IMG/VR virus record: IMGVR_UViG_3300047476_001434
Span: 1 to 55,791 of that record
Length of the DNA stretch: 55,791 nucleotides
Reading direction: 5' to 3' (one strand)
Source: a virus
Taxonomy: Duplodnaviria > Caudoviricetes
A program made the translations under genes and the position numbers. Positions 38,981 through 49,500 of the stretch are shown here, in pieces. Below the pieces are notes generated by a model that saw only the letters and a list, made by a program, of their open reading frames with translations, searched no databases and was not told where the DNA came from. How positions within the stretch are numbered: position 1 is the stretch's first letter; every line of letters starts with the position of its first letter.

Positions 38981-40201
38981 TTATTTAATTAAAGATTTGT
39001 AAAATTCTGCTCTTGTTTTAGTTACGTTTCGTAAGTCGTATTTGTCTTTAACTGTTTCATACAAACGTTCACCTAAATCAGTTATTAGATTAGGATTTTG
39101 TATTAATTTTTTAATTGACTTAGACCAATCACTATGGTTTCTATGTTCATCAACTAATAAAGCGTTTCCGTCAATAAATTCACCGTTTTTTAATGAATGT
39201 TTTAAATCAATAGTGTAAGGACCAACATTTGATGCAATTAACGCCTTTTTATAAAATCCCGCTTCAATCACTTTTAGTTGGGATTTCATTCTATTAAAAA
39301 TGTGGTTTTTAATTGGTGCTAATGATATATCAAATTTAGAATAATTTGACGCATATTGAGTTACAGGTCTTGTCCATACTCTAACGTATGGTAAACTTTT
39401 TTCCGAAGTATACTCTTCTTCTTTATATTGTGAAAGAAATTCACGATAGTCGTTATCAACTATTCTATATTTATCGGTAAAAATTTCCTCATATCTTGCC
39501 CATACAGTTTCTTCAGGTTTGATAGGTCTTTGTTTTTTCTCACCAGTTGCTTTATTAATTTCAGTAATATGACCTCTAATATCAAAACCACATAAAACAT
39601 ATTGTGATTTATTATTTATGTCATTACCGTTTTTACTAATGACACCATCAAGTAGTTTTAAATCATGTAAGTGAGAAGAACCTCCGAGCCAACCAATACG
39701 TATTCTATCAGATTCTAATGTTGGTTGTTTAAATTGGGGTTCATTTGGGTCAATTGCGTTAGGTAACACAATAACATTTTTATTAAATTTACGAATTTCA
39801 TTTGCAAAAATTTCCGTAGTTGTTGTTACATAACTTGCTTCTTTTAAATTAGCAACTATTTTTTCATGAATTTTTTCTTGTAAAATAATAGTATGTATTG
39901 GGTGTTCTTTAGTCGGCAACCAATAATCGTCAATATCAACAATTACCGTAATACCCATAGACTTTAGATTTTTAATTAATGTGGGTGTTTGGTCATAATT
40001 CTGACCGATATTCCTATGAACATGAACTATTTGATAATTCTTCCAAAAATTAGGGTCTGAAATCTTAGGCTCATAATCAATATCTACATGAAAATCATCA
40101 TTATATAGATTTTGTAACATTATGTGTGGGTCGACTGAACGGAATTTACCAACACCTGTTCGGTCCGATGGTAAAACTAATACTTTAATTTTTTCTGACA
40201 T
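38981..40201 (-). CDS. Glycosyltransferase, GT-B/GT4-like
   Basis: VDIDDYW, RIGWLGGSSHLHDL, DISLAPI..FNRMKSQLKVIEAG, IASNVGPY. Confidence 0.85.
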   Translation of the reverse strand: MSEKIKVLVLPSDRTGVGKFRSVDPHIMLQNLYNDDFHVDIDYEPKISDPNFWKNYQIVHVHRNIGQNYDQTPTLIKNLKSMGITVIVDIDDYWLPTKEHPIHTIILQEKIHEKIVANLKEASYVTTTTEIFANEIRKFNKNVIVLPNAIDPNEPQFKQPTLESDRIRIGWLGGSSHLHDLKLLDGVISKNGNDINNKSQYVLCGFDIRGHITEINKATGEKKQRPIKPEETVWARYEEIFTDKYRIVDNDYREFLSQYKEEEYTSEKSLPYVRVWTRPVTQYASNYSKFDISLAPIKNHIFNRMKSQLKVIEAGFYKKALIASNVGPYTIDLKHSLKNGEFIDGNALLVDEHRNHSDWSKSIKKLIQNPNLITDLGERLYETVKDKYDLRNVTKTRAEFYKSLIK

Positions 40202-40265
40202 ATTTTTAGTTATATACCCTAAAATATAGTCATGTGAAATTATATTATCAATAATAAGATAAAAT

Positions 40266-40289
40266 AAAAAACCCCACTTAAGGTGGGGA
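40266..40289 (-). terminator. Intrinsic terminator
   Basis: ccccac-ttaag-gtgggg stem followed by a T run on the minus strand. Confidence 0.75.
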
Positions 40290-40295
40290 TTCTAT

Positions 40296-40889
40296 TTACT
40301 GAATTTTTTTTATTTTGGTAACTTTACCCTCAAAAATATGTTTACCGACTTTAAATGAGAACACATCATTAGTTTTTGATGTCGATTCAATAAGTAATCC
40401 ATTTTCTTGTAAAACTTCTGTAACGGTTTCCCTAACTATAGATGAGATAACATTCTTTAATTCACCCATGTTTACATTAGAATTGTGTGAGGATGTTTTT
40501 CTATCCGTTAATTCTTCATTAATTTGTTTACCATTAGTACCCATTAATCTAGCCGCCTTTTCTACTAATTCGTTAGACAACGTTGGACCTGACATAGAGT
40601 TTGGTTGAGATATTGGGTGCTCAATCATAAGTTGTTTGATTTCATCAGGTAATTTTGAACTCATGATTCTATCTAAAGTAGGAGTCTCATGATTTGGAAT
40701 CTGTTTAGGTTGTTCCATCATAAGTTCTTGAGGTAAATTATATTTAGCTTCAGGAACATTATAATTATCAACTTCAGGGGACATCATATTAACCCCCGAA
40801 TTGTTACCGCTTCTCGGTAAGTTATTGTGGATATCCATCATTTTTTTAGATATCACCAATTTTTGCATTAAATCATTTTCATTTAACAT
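40296..40889 (-). CDS. Hypothetical protein
   Basis: 197-aa ORF coupled to the WYL gene. Confidence 0.7.
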   Translation of the reverse strand: MLNENDLMQKLVISKKMMDIHNNLPRSGNNSGVNMMSPEVDNYNVPEAKYNLPQELMMEQPKQIPNHETPTLDRIMSSKLPDEIKQLMIEHPISQPNSMSGPTLSNELVEKAARLMGTNGKQINEELTDRKTSSHNSNVNMGELKNVISSIVRETVTEVLQENGLLIESTSKTNDVFSFKVGKHIFEGKVTKIKKIQ

Positions 40890-41293
40890 TATTGTAAGTT
40901 TTGTTCTTCATTATCAAATTTTGCGTTTATAACAACTCTTTTCATACTTCTATCACCTCTATGGTTATATCCTGGTTTTGGAGTTATAAATTTTTCAGCC
41001 GTCGGATTGAATGATAGTATTTTATCAACTCTGAATAATCTCCACCCTGGTAAAGGTTGTTCACCTTTATAGGCCGTGTGAGACGACCCTTCCTCATCCC
41101 ATGCTCTTAATACAGGATTATCGGCCTTGCTATAACCAAAACAAACAGGTTCAATTGTTCTTAACCCTCTACCCCCAGGTTCGTCACCGTCATAATAGAT
41201 TACTATTTTTCTTTTATTCTTAATAGCATCGACAATAGACTCAATTGAGGCTACTTCTAAAATAAGTGACTTTGCTATGTTGTAAAGTTTCAT
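40889..41293 (-). CDS. Stand-alone WYL-domain protein
   Basis: IVDAIKNKRKIVIYY...RTIEPVCFG...LRAW...WRLFRVDKI. Confidence 0.8.
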   Translation of the reverse strand: MKLYNIAKSLILEVASIESIVDAIKNKRKIVIYYDGDEPGGRGLRTIEPVCFGYSKADNPVLRAWDEEGSSHTAYKGEQPLPGWRLFRVDKILSFNPTAEKFITPKPGYNHRGDRSMKRVVINAKFDNEEQNLQ

Positions 41294-41589
41294 TAAGCTG
41301 ATGGTGTTGTATAAGGTTTGTTAGGTTGATATTCATTAATTACTATTTCCGCCTTTCTTTCTATTATATCCTGTACCGCACCTGCGTTTTGATTATAAAC
41401 ATCTAAAAATCCTCCAGTTCCTTTTCCTTGGATGTCACCATCGGCAATTGCATCAGGGTTTACTGATGAATATTCATTTGCGGTTCTTTTATAATCATTT
41501 TTAGGTAATAATTTTGCTCTTTCGGCCTCGGCGATTGAACTAAGGTCGTTTTTAGGTTGGTCAAAATTTAATGGTTCATTTACTGCCAT
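41293..41589 (-). CDS. Hypothetical protein
   Basis: 98-aa ORF in operon. Confidence 0.65.
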   Translation of the reverse strand: MAVNEPLNFDQPKNDLSSIAEAERAKLLPKNDYKRTANEYSSVNPDAIADGDIQGKGTGGFLDVYNQNAGAVQDIIERKAEIVINEYQPNKPYTTPSA

Positions 41590-41591
41590 AA

Positions 41592-42062
41592 TTAAATTAT
41601 TTTTCTAATTAAATCATTTATGCGTTTTAAGCTTTCTGTTATTTCTAAATCATAATATTCGGTATTTGTATTATGACTTTTAGAAGGTCTATTTAAATTA
41701 TTAATACCTTCTTTATCATGTTGAGATATGAATTGATTAGGTAAAACCTCAGACCTATTTTGTTTAATACTATCCACACCATCTCTCATGGTTGTCAATG
41801 TATTATCAACCCAATTTTTCACATAATGTCCACCATTCAAAATAAATGGTAAATCATTTTCATGACCGTTAAAAGAATCAAACCAATTTTTCATTCTTTT
41901 AAGTTGTTGATATGTTATCTCACCTTTATCTCTAAGTTCTTTATTTCTTCTATATCCCTCAGTATTATCATCGGCTCCTGTCGCAGCATCATGACATTGT
42001 TGTAGATAAGTAACAACATCTTCAGGTATAGAAACTTTATGTCCGTATAAATCTTTATTCAC
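41592..42062 (-). CDS. Hypothetical protein
   Basis: 156-aa ORF; C-terminal ITESLKRINDLIRKII. Confidence 0.65.
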   Translation of the reverse strand: MNKDLYGHKVSIPEDVVTYLQQCHDAATGADDNTEGYRRNKELRDKGEITYQQLKRMKNWFDSFNGHENDLPFILNGGHYVKNWVDNTLTTMRDGVDSIKQNRSEVLPNQFISQHDKEGINNLNRPSKSHNTNTEYYDLEITESLKRINDLIRKII

Positions 42063-42888
42063 TTGTTTTTAAAATATTAATTAATTTAGATAGACTAATA
42101 CCTTCTTTTTCTGCTATTTTTTTAATTGATTGTAAATTCTTAACTAAAATTTTACTAACACCATTTTCCTTAGTTACAACATCGGAATGGTCCTTACTTT
42201 TTTTTGTTAGAATATCCTCAACCATTTTAACCATTTTTTGTTTTTGAGCTTCTTCTAACGAATCCTTTTCAACCAATCGTTGTTTAAGTTTCCCCTTTTT
42301 TCTTTTTTGGCCTTTAATTTTTCCAAAGTCTTCAGTTCTCTCAACAGGATTACCAACCCCCATATCGGCCAAAGTTTCTACACTATCTTTAAAGTCCATG
42401 TCTTTAGTCTCTTCATACCCAAAAGCATCTGAAAAATCAATCTCTTTTACTACGTCACCATCTTTCTCCTCACTCTCACCATAATAAACACGATAACCTC
42501 TTGTTACAGGGTCGTTAGTTATTCTTGCCATTACAACTGTTTGGTCCATAGTTTTCCTTGGGTGTAATCTCATGTCTAACACTGGAATACTCGAGTCTTT
42601 AAAAGTCCCATCATCCCCAATCAATTCATTTATTTCTTCAGGGTTATCCATATTTGATAATTCCTTCTCGATATCGGATTTTTTAACTCTATCTTTTCTA
42701 TTTAAGAATTTTTGTATTAATGACTTAATTTTTTTCTCGTCTCTTTTTTTAAAATCTTTTCTAATATCAGTTTTTCTAGATTCAGTTAATGTGTCGGCAA
42801 TAGAATAATAAAGTGATATTTTATCACCTCTATCCTTTAGAAAAAAATAACAATTATTATTAAAGTATTCTTTATTAAAATTAATCAT
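42055..42888 (-). CDS. Hypothetical protein
   Basis: 277-aa ORF; minus-strand TATTTAT at 42902-42908. Confidence 0.7.
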   Translation of the reverse strand: MINFNKEYFNNNCYFFLKDRGDKISLYYSIADTLTESRKTDIRKDFKKRDEKKIKSLIQKFLNRKDRVKKSDIEKELSNMDNPEEINELIGDDGTFKDSSIPVLDMRLHPRKTMDQTVVMARITNDPVTRGYRVYYGESEEKDGDVVKEIDFSDAFGYEETKDMDFKDSVETLADMGVGNPVERTEDFGKIKGQKRKKGKLKQRLVEKDSLEEAQKQKMVKMVEDILTKKSKDHSDVVTKENGVSKILVKNLQSIKKIAEKEGISLSKLINILKTSE

Positions 42889-42901
42889 GACTTTTTTATC
42901 A

Positions 42902-42928
42902 ATAAATACTTCGTTTTAATGTATTTAT
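42902..42928. promoter_or_regulatory. Back-to-back TATTTAT motifs (divergent candidate late promoters)
   Basis: ATAAATA 42902-42908 (13 nt from the minus-strand ATG) and TATTTAT 42922-42928 (11 nt from the plus-strand ATG). Confidence 0.65.
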
Positions 42929-42939
42929 CATAAAAAAAG

Positions 42940-45783
42940 ATGGCGAGTCAAAATATAAATCAATATGTAAGGCAAAATCTATTCCCAAAACTTTCTTTGG
43001 ATACTCACGACATGTCCTTAACATCTGATGAATTGGATTTTAACCAAGAGGTGGTTTTTTCACCTTATTTAATCGCACAAACATATGGGGATAAGCTACC
43101 CATTAATATAGATATTAATAATACCGAAACAGTACAAAACTTAGTTTTAACTTATAAAAATTATAACACCAACAATATTTTTGTTTCTCAAAATTATTAT
43201 AACCCTGATAAAAAAGATTTAAATTGTTTTACCGCAGAAACCTCGTGTGATATTGGACTTACAGGTATTGATAACGGACTTGTTAATAAAATGACAGGGG
43301 AAACAATAACATTTACAAATGGGTTATTACCCGACAGTTCAAAGTTTGATAGGTTAAGTTTTGATAGAAGATTTAAAATGTTCCAAGTAACGGGTTATAC
43401 TAACACACCTAATGTAAGATTTTCAGGTTTTCAAAATACTGTTTTATATGAAGTTGTTAGTAAAAGCAACCCTCAAGTTGGTAGATACCATGAATTATAT
43501 GGTGGTTTCTATCAAGGGTTTTATAAATTACACGGATACGACTACGACATTTTTCCTGAAAGAATGAATAAGGGTTGGTCAGTTGAGGTGATTTTAAAAC
43601 CTAGATTATTTAACGAGTACGTGCCAGGACCTGGTGAAACAAATTTAAATTTAATATATCCTAATAATAAAAATACGTTTTTTTATTTTGGTACAAGAGC
43701 GGAAAATAAATTTTATCATCACGCTGACGGTACACCAAATTGTTTTACAGGTTATACTAGAGTTACTACACCTCTAACGGGTTTAAGTACTTGTGCTTGT
43801 TGTAACACGGTAATTAAAAATAGTAGATGTATATACGTTTATCCTCCTAGGTCTAAAGATGGTAAACATGACCCACATGTAAACTATGGTTGTGATAAAT
43901 GTGGAGGACTTAAAAACATACAACTTTCATGCGGATGCGGTTGCGATAAACCTCAATGTGAAAATTGTGGATGGGAATGTCAGACGCACGATTGTCCTCC
44001 GATTCCATCACCAACACCTACACCAACCCCAACACCTACACCGACAGGAAATGGTTGTATTGTAACACCAACATGTACCCCGACGTGTACAACATGCGAT
44101 GATTGTTCGGATTGTTTAGATTGTAAAACTACAGGGTTTACCTCTATAGAAGATACTTGTGAAAAAGACCCTTTATACGATTCTATGTCAAACGCGTTTT
44201 CATTAAGATTATGTGGTGACCCAAAAAACCCACAAATTGGTGTTAGAGTTTTAAGGTTTACTGGCGACTGTACAACCACGGGTAATTGTGAAACAAGTGG
44301 TACGTCATATACCACGGGTTATACTATAACCGATATCTGTACTCCCCCAATATACCCAAGATGTGAAAAAGAAAATCCTGCGTGGTTAGAGGAAGAACAT
44401 TGGTTCCAAGTGAATGTTGTATGGGAAAGATATACATGGTTGGATTATTGTGATTTAAAATACAGGGGAGGGTTAGGAGATATAACAAAACAAGTTTATT
44501 TAGAGTCCTTGGCAAATAACTCAACATCTTTAATCACAGTACCATACACCCACCCAAATTCAAAAGTCGCGGAAAAAATTGACCTTGTTAATTTAAATGA
44601 AAAATGGTTGATTGAGGGTAATATGAGAAAGGGTAGATTAAAAATTTTTATAAATGGTAAAATATTCTACACTATTGAAGATTTTGAAGAATTGATTCCG
44701 AGAGCATTAAATACTGATAAAGAACGACAAATCGGAGTTCCATTTAATATTTCTTGGGGAGGAGGAACACAAGGTCTTAGAGAGAACCTAACATTTTCAT
44801 CAACAACATTACCTTATGGACCTTATATTCAGGACCCTGAATGTTTTCCTGTAAACGACTTAACAGGTACAACATTTAATGGTTTAAAAACTAATATTTT
44901 AATTGAACAGAATTTTGCGGGTACTTTTGATGGTGGAATATCTCAATTTAGAATGTATGTAGAGCCTTTGTCGGCACCTGAAGTTAAACACAATTTTAAC
45001 TTATTGGTTGGTAAATTTGACATGTTTAATCCCGATTGCCCTGATTGTTCGACAATAGTTTGTAAACCTGACGATATAACTTACATCATAAGTGGAGAAT
45101 CGACTACAACAACTACCACATTAAATGACATTTTACCATTAGGTAGGGTTTATGTTGAAGATAGTAGAGATAAAAACTACTTAATTGAGAATAAATTATC
45201 TTTAGGGTTTACTACATTAAAGTATAAATATTGGGAATCAAATGAGTGGAATGGGAATCAAGGAAATACCCCACAGTGTGTAGGTTACGCTTGGTCTCAT
45301 TGGATTGAGGATGGTCCAGTAAAACATGGAGGGGTACCACCAATTGTAAACCCAACTACAATATATAGGGAAGCTCAAAAAATAGATGAATGGGTGGGTG
45401 AAAATTATGACGGAACATCAGTTAGAGCGGCCGCAAAATATCTTAAAAATACAAACAAAATTAAGGCTTATTTGTGGACTTACGATATTAATGTTTTAAT
45501 AACCACTGTTTTGACTAAAGGACCCGTAGTTGTTGGTACAAATTGGTATTCATCGATGAGTTATCCTGATAAAAATGGTTTAATAAAAACTACAGGTAGA
45601 ATTGTTGGTGGACATGCTTATGTAATAAATGGGGTTGATACTATTAAAAAACAATTTAGAATAAAAAATAGTTGGGGTACGTCTTGGGGTAAAAACGGTC
45701 ATGCGTTTATATCGTTTAACGATATGAATAGATTAATAAAACAGAACGGTGAAGTTTGTTTGGCCGTTGAAAATAATTTTTAA
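42940..45783 (+). CDS. Large Cys-rich protein with a PT linker, a LamG-like segment and a C-terminal papain-like (C1) protease
   Basis: FDGGISQFRMYVEPLSAPEVKHNF (LamG-type end); QGNTPQCVGYA, GGHAYVING, IKNSWGTSWGKNG (Cys-His-Asn triad). Confidence 0.78.
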   Translation: MASQNINQYVRQNLFPKLSLDTHDMSLTSDELDFNQEVVFSPYLIAQTYGDKLPINIDINNTETVQNLVLTYKNYNTNNIFVSQNYYNPDKKDLNCFTAETSCDIGLTGIDNGLVNKMTGETITFTNGLLPDSSKFDRLSFDRRFKMFQVTGYTNTPNVRFSGFQNTVLYEVVSKSNPQVGRYHELYGGFYQGFYKLHGYDYDIFPERMNKGWSVEVILKPRLFNEYVPGPGETNLNLIYPNNKNTFFYFGTRAENKFYHHADGTPNCFTGYTRVTTPLTGLSTCACCNTVIKNSRCIYVYPPRSKDGKHDPHVNYGCDKCGGLKNIQLSCGCGCDKPQCENCGWECQTHDCPPIPSPTPTPTPTPTPTGNGCIVTPTCTPTCTTCDDCSDCLDCKTTGFTSIEDTCEKDPLYDSMSNAFSLRLCGDPKNPQIGVRVLRFTGDCTTTGNCETSGTSYTTGYTITDICTPPIYPRCEKENPAWLEEEHWFQVNVVWERYTWLDYCDLKYRGGLGDITKQVYLESLANNSTSLITVPYTHPNSKVAEKIDLVNLNEKWLIEGNMRKGRLKIFINGKIFYTIEDFEELIPRALNTDKERQIGVPFNISWGGGTQGLRENLTFSSTTLPYGPYIQDPECFPVNDLTGTTFNGLKTNILIEQNFAGTFDGGISQFRMYVEPLSAPEVKHNFNLLVGKFDMFNPDCPDCSTIVCKPDDITYIISGESTTTTTTLNDILPLGRVYVEDSRDKNYLIENKLSLGFTTLKYKYWESNEWNGNQGNTPQCVGYAWSHWIEDGPVKHGGVPPIVNPTTIYREAQKIDEWVGENYDGTSVRAAAKYLKNTNKIKAYLWTYDINVLITTVLTKGPVVVGTNWYSSMSYPDKNGLIKTTGRIVGGHAYVINGVDTIKKQFRIKNSWGTSWGKNGHAFISFNDMNRLIKQNGEVCLAVENNF

Positions 45784-45786
45784 TTA

Positions 45787-46503
45787 ATGGGTCAGTCAAT
45801 TATAATAAAAAGTATAAATTATGATGGGGAATTAGCAAATGTTTTATTTAAACCATCAAGAATTGATGATGTGATTAATTTGGGTAACGTTACCCTACCA
45901 TTTGAGTTTAATCCATCAATTTTAACACCGTCTTTAGAGATTTACGGCGATTACACTATTTTTATTATCGATGATAATTGTACTTATTATTTACATGTTC
46001 CTGAAGTAACACCAACACCGACACCGACTCAAACACCTACAAAAACACCAACACCGACTCAAACACCTACTCAAACACCGACACCATCTTATGACCCATG
46101 TAAGGTTCCTACCTCAACACCAACACCGACCAATACCTCAACACCAACACCGACCAATACCCCAACACCAAGTGCAACATGTACAAATCCTTGTGGTTGT
46201 CCTGAACCTAGTAAAACACCTAAACCTACAAAAACCCCTACTCCGACACCATCGTATAATCCGTGTGCGACTCAAACACCGACTCCAACCCCTACCAATA
46301 CTCAAACACCGACCCCAACTCCAACCAATACTCAAACACCGACCCCAACTCCAACCAATACTCAAACACCGACCAATACTCAAACTCCAACTCCTACCTT
46401 TACTCCTACACCATCTTTAGTAACTTATTATATATTAAGTGAATCAGGAGACCCAATTGTTTCCGAGGATAATAATTATATAATGCCTGAAAATGGTGTG
46501 TAA
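45787..46503 (+). CDS. Thr/Pro-repeat (mucin-like) protein
   Basis: About 135 aa of TP repeats punctuated by YDPC/CTNPCGC; ends [18 protein letters not shown]. Confidence 0.8.
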   Translation: MGQSIIIKSINYDGELANVLFKPSRIDDVINLGNVTLPFEFNPSILTPSLEIYGDYTIFIIDDNCTYYLHVPEVTPTPTPTQTPTKTPTPTQTPTQTPTPSYDPCKVPTSTPTPTNTSTPTPTNTPTPSATCTNPCGCPEPSKTPKPTKTPTPTPSYNPCATQTPTPTPTNTQTPTPTPTNTQTPTPTPTNTQTPTNTQTPTPTFTPTPSLVTYYILSESGDPIVSEDNNYIMPENGV

Positions 46504-46520
46504 TGATAAGTATATAATAG

Positions 46521-49500
46521 ATGATTCAATCAATAGAAATAACAGGGGCAACTGGTATTGGACCTTATGATATAGAGGTATGTGACATTACATTGTCGTT
46601 ATGTATACCTATTGCATCGGGAGTTAACATACCCCCAACATATACTTTTAATTTACCACCTGAACTCTCAGGTTCCACTCAAGTTATTGTCAGGTTAACC
46701 GATACTAATGGATGTCCTTGTTTAGAGGTATGTCCTTGTCCAATAATTGAGCCGACACCTACAGTTACTCCGACAGTTACACCAACAATGACTGTTAATT
46801 GTAATTGTATTGAGTTTGATAATGTTGACTTGATAGAACACTCAATATCTTTTGTTGATTGTTATGGTAATAATATCGATACAATAGTTCCTCCTGAAAC
46901 ATCATTAAGTTTTTGTGGTAAAGACCCTTCGGTTGATGACCCCATAGTAATAGTAACTATTGGTGATTTTTGTGTTGATGGAGAATGTCCTCCACCACCC
47001 CCAACCCCTACAAATACTCTTACTCCGACAAACACTCTTACTCCGACAGTTACACCAACAAAAACATTAGTTCCTTTGGTTGGGTATTTTCAGGATTGTT
47101 GTGACCCTTCAAATATTATTATTATTTCCACAATACCATTTACTTATTACCCTTTAAGTGGTGTTTACTACGTTGAGAGTACGGGATTTAATGGTTGTGT
47201 CACGTCAATCAGCCCAACATATTCACCGAATGCTTATATACATATTAATGCAACCTCATTTAGTTCATGCCCTGATTGTGAATTAATATATCCTTGTCCA
47301 ACACCAACACCTACAGTTACATCAACAAATACTGTCACACCAACAGTGACTCCGACAATTACTGAAACTCCAACTAACACCCCAACTCAAACGGCAACCC
47401 CAACTATAACCCCAACAGTAACTCCTACAGTAACTTCAACACAAACAAACACGCCAACATCAACTTTAACATCTACACCAACGGTTACCATTACCCCAAC
47501 TGTTACAAATACTAATACCCCAACTGTTACAAATACTAAAACACCTACTAAAACACCTACAGTTACACCTACAGTTACAAGAACTCAAACCGTAACACCA
47601 TCACCTACGGTTACTAAGACTCCTTCGTTAACTCCAAGTGTTACAAACACACCAACAAACACGATTACACAAACTGTTACTAACACCCCAACTAATACTA
47701 TTACTAACACCCCAACAGTTACTCCAGGGATTTCCCCAACTACAACACCTACTAAAACTGTTACGCCAACTAAAACCCCAACTAAAACTCCTACACCTAC
47801 AAGAACACAAACTAAAACACCAACCCCAACTAAAACTCCTACACCTACAAGAACACAAACTAAAACTCCTACTGTTACACCAACAAATACTAAAACACCT
47901 ACTGTTACACCGACAAATACTAAAACGCCAACTAAAACCCCTACACCGACAAGAACTCAAACTAAAACACCTACCGTCACACCTACGAACACTAAAACGC
48001 CAACTAAAACTCCAACTGTTACACCTACAAATACTAAAACTCCAACTAACACTGTAACTCCTACGATAACTAGGTCGAATACGCCTACTGTTACTAACAC
48101 TCAAACAAATACACCAACAATTACCCCAACAATATCATTAACCCCAACCATAACCCCAACAATTACTGAAACACCAACAGTAACACCTACAATATCATTA
48201 ACACCAACAATTACATCTACAGTTACAAATACTGTAACACCTACTATTACAAGGTCAAACACTCCTACAGTAACTCAAACACCAACAGTAACTCCGACAA
48301 TTACTGAAACCCCTACTAATACCCCAACAGTAACTAAAACTAACACTCAAACTCCAACCGCAACACCAAGTCAAACTCCTGAAATAACATCAACCCCAAC
48401 CGTGACACCGACGCCAACAAATACAATTACACCGACAGTAACTCCAACCGTAACCCCAACATTGACAAATACCCCAACAGAAACTCCAGCACAAACATCA
48501 ACGCCAACAAAAACAATAACACCCACAAAAACAAATACCCCAACTGTGACACCTACAGTAACTCCGACAGAAACACCTACTCAAACGCCTACACCAACAG
48601 TAACATCCACTAATACTCCTACTAACACAATAACAGTAACTCCAACTATATCATTAACACCCACTAACACTGAGACTCCGACTAACACCCCTACTCAAAC
48701 AGTAACGCCAACTATATCATTAACACCTACTAACACTGAGACACCAACTAACACCCCTACTAGCACTGTTACCCCTACAATATCATTAACACCAACCAAT
48801 ACTCAAACTCCAACCAATACTCAAACCCCAACTAATACTCAAACACCTTCGGTTACTCCAACAATATCATTAACCCCAACTAATACTCAAACCCCAACGG
48901 TTACCCCCACAATATCATTAACCCCAACTAATACTCAAACCCCAACTAATACTCAAACACCTTCGGTTACTCCAACAATATCATTAACTCCTACTAATAC
49001 CCCAACCCCTACAATATCATTAACACCCACAAAAACGGTTACGCCAACAATATCATTGACTCCTACTAATACCCCTACTAAAACTGTTACACCTACAATA
49101 TCATTGACTCCTACTCGAACAGTAACCCCAACGGTTACTCCTACAATATCATTGACCCCTACCAATACTCAAACTCCAACCAATACTCAAACACCTTCGG
49201 TTACTCCAACAATATCATTAACACCGACTCAAACTCCAACACCTACAGTTACTCCTACAATCTCACTTACGCCTACAATATCATTAACCCCAACTAATAC
49301 TCAAACCCCTACTAATACCCCTACTAAAACGGTTACACCAACTATATCATTAACCCCAACTAATACTCAAACCCCTACTAATACCCCTACTATATCATTA
49401 ACCCCTACTAATACCCCTACTAAAACTGTAACACCTACAATATCTTTAACCCCAACAAGAACTGTAACACCAACGGTAACTCCAACCATATCATTGACTC

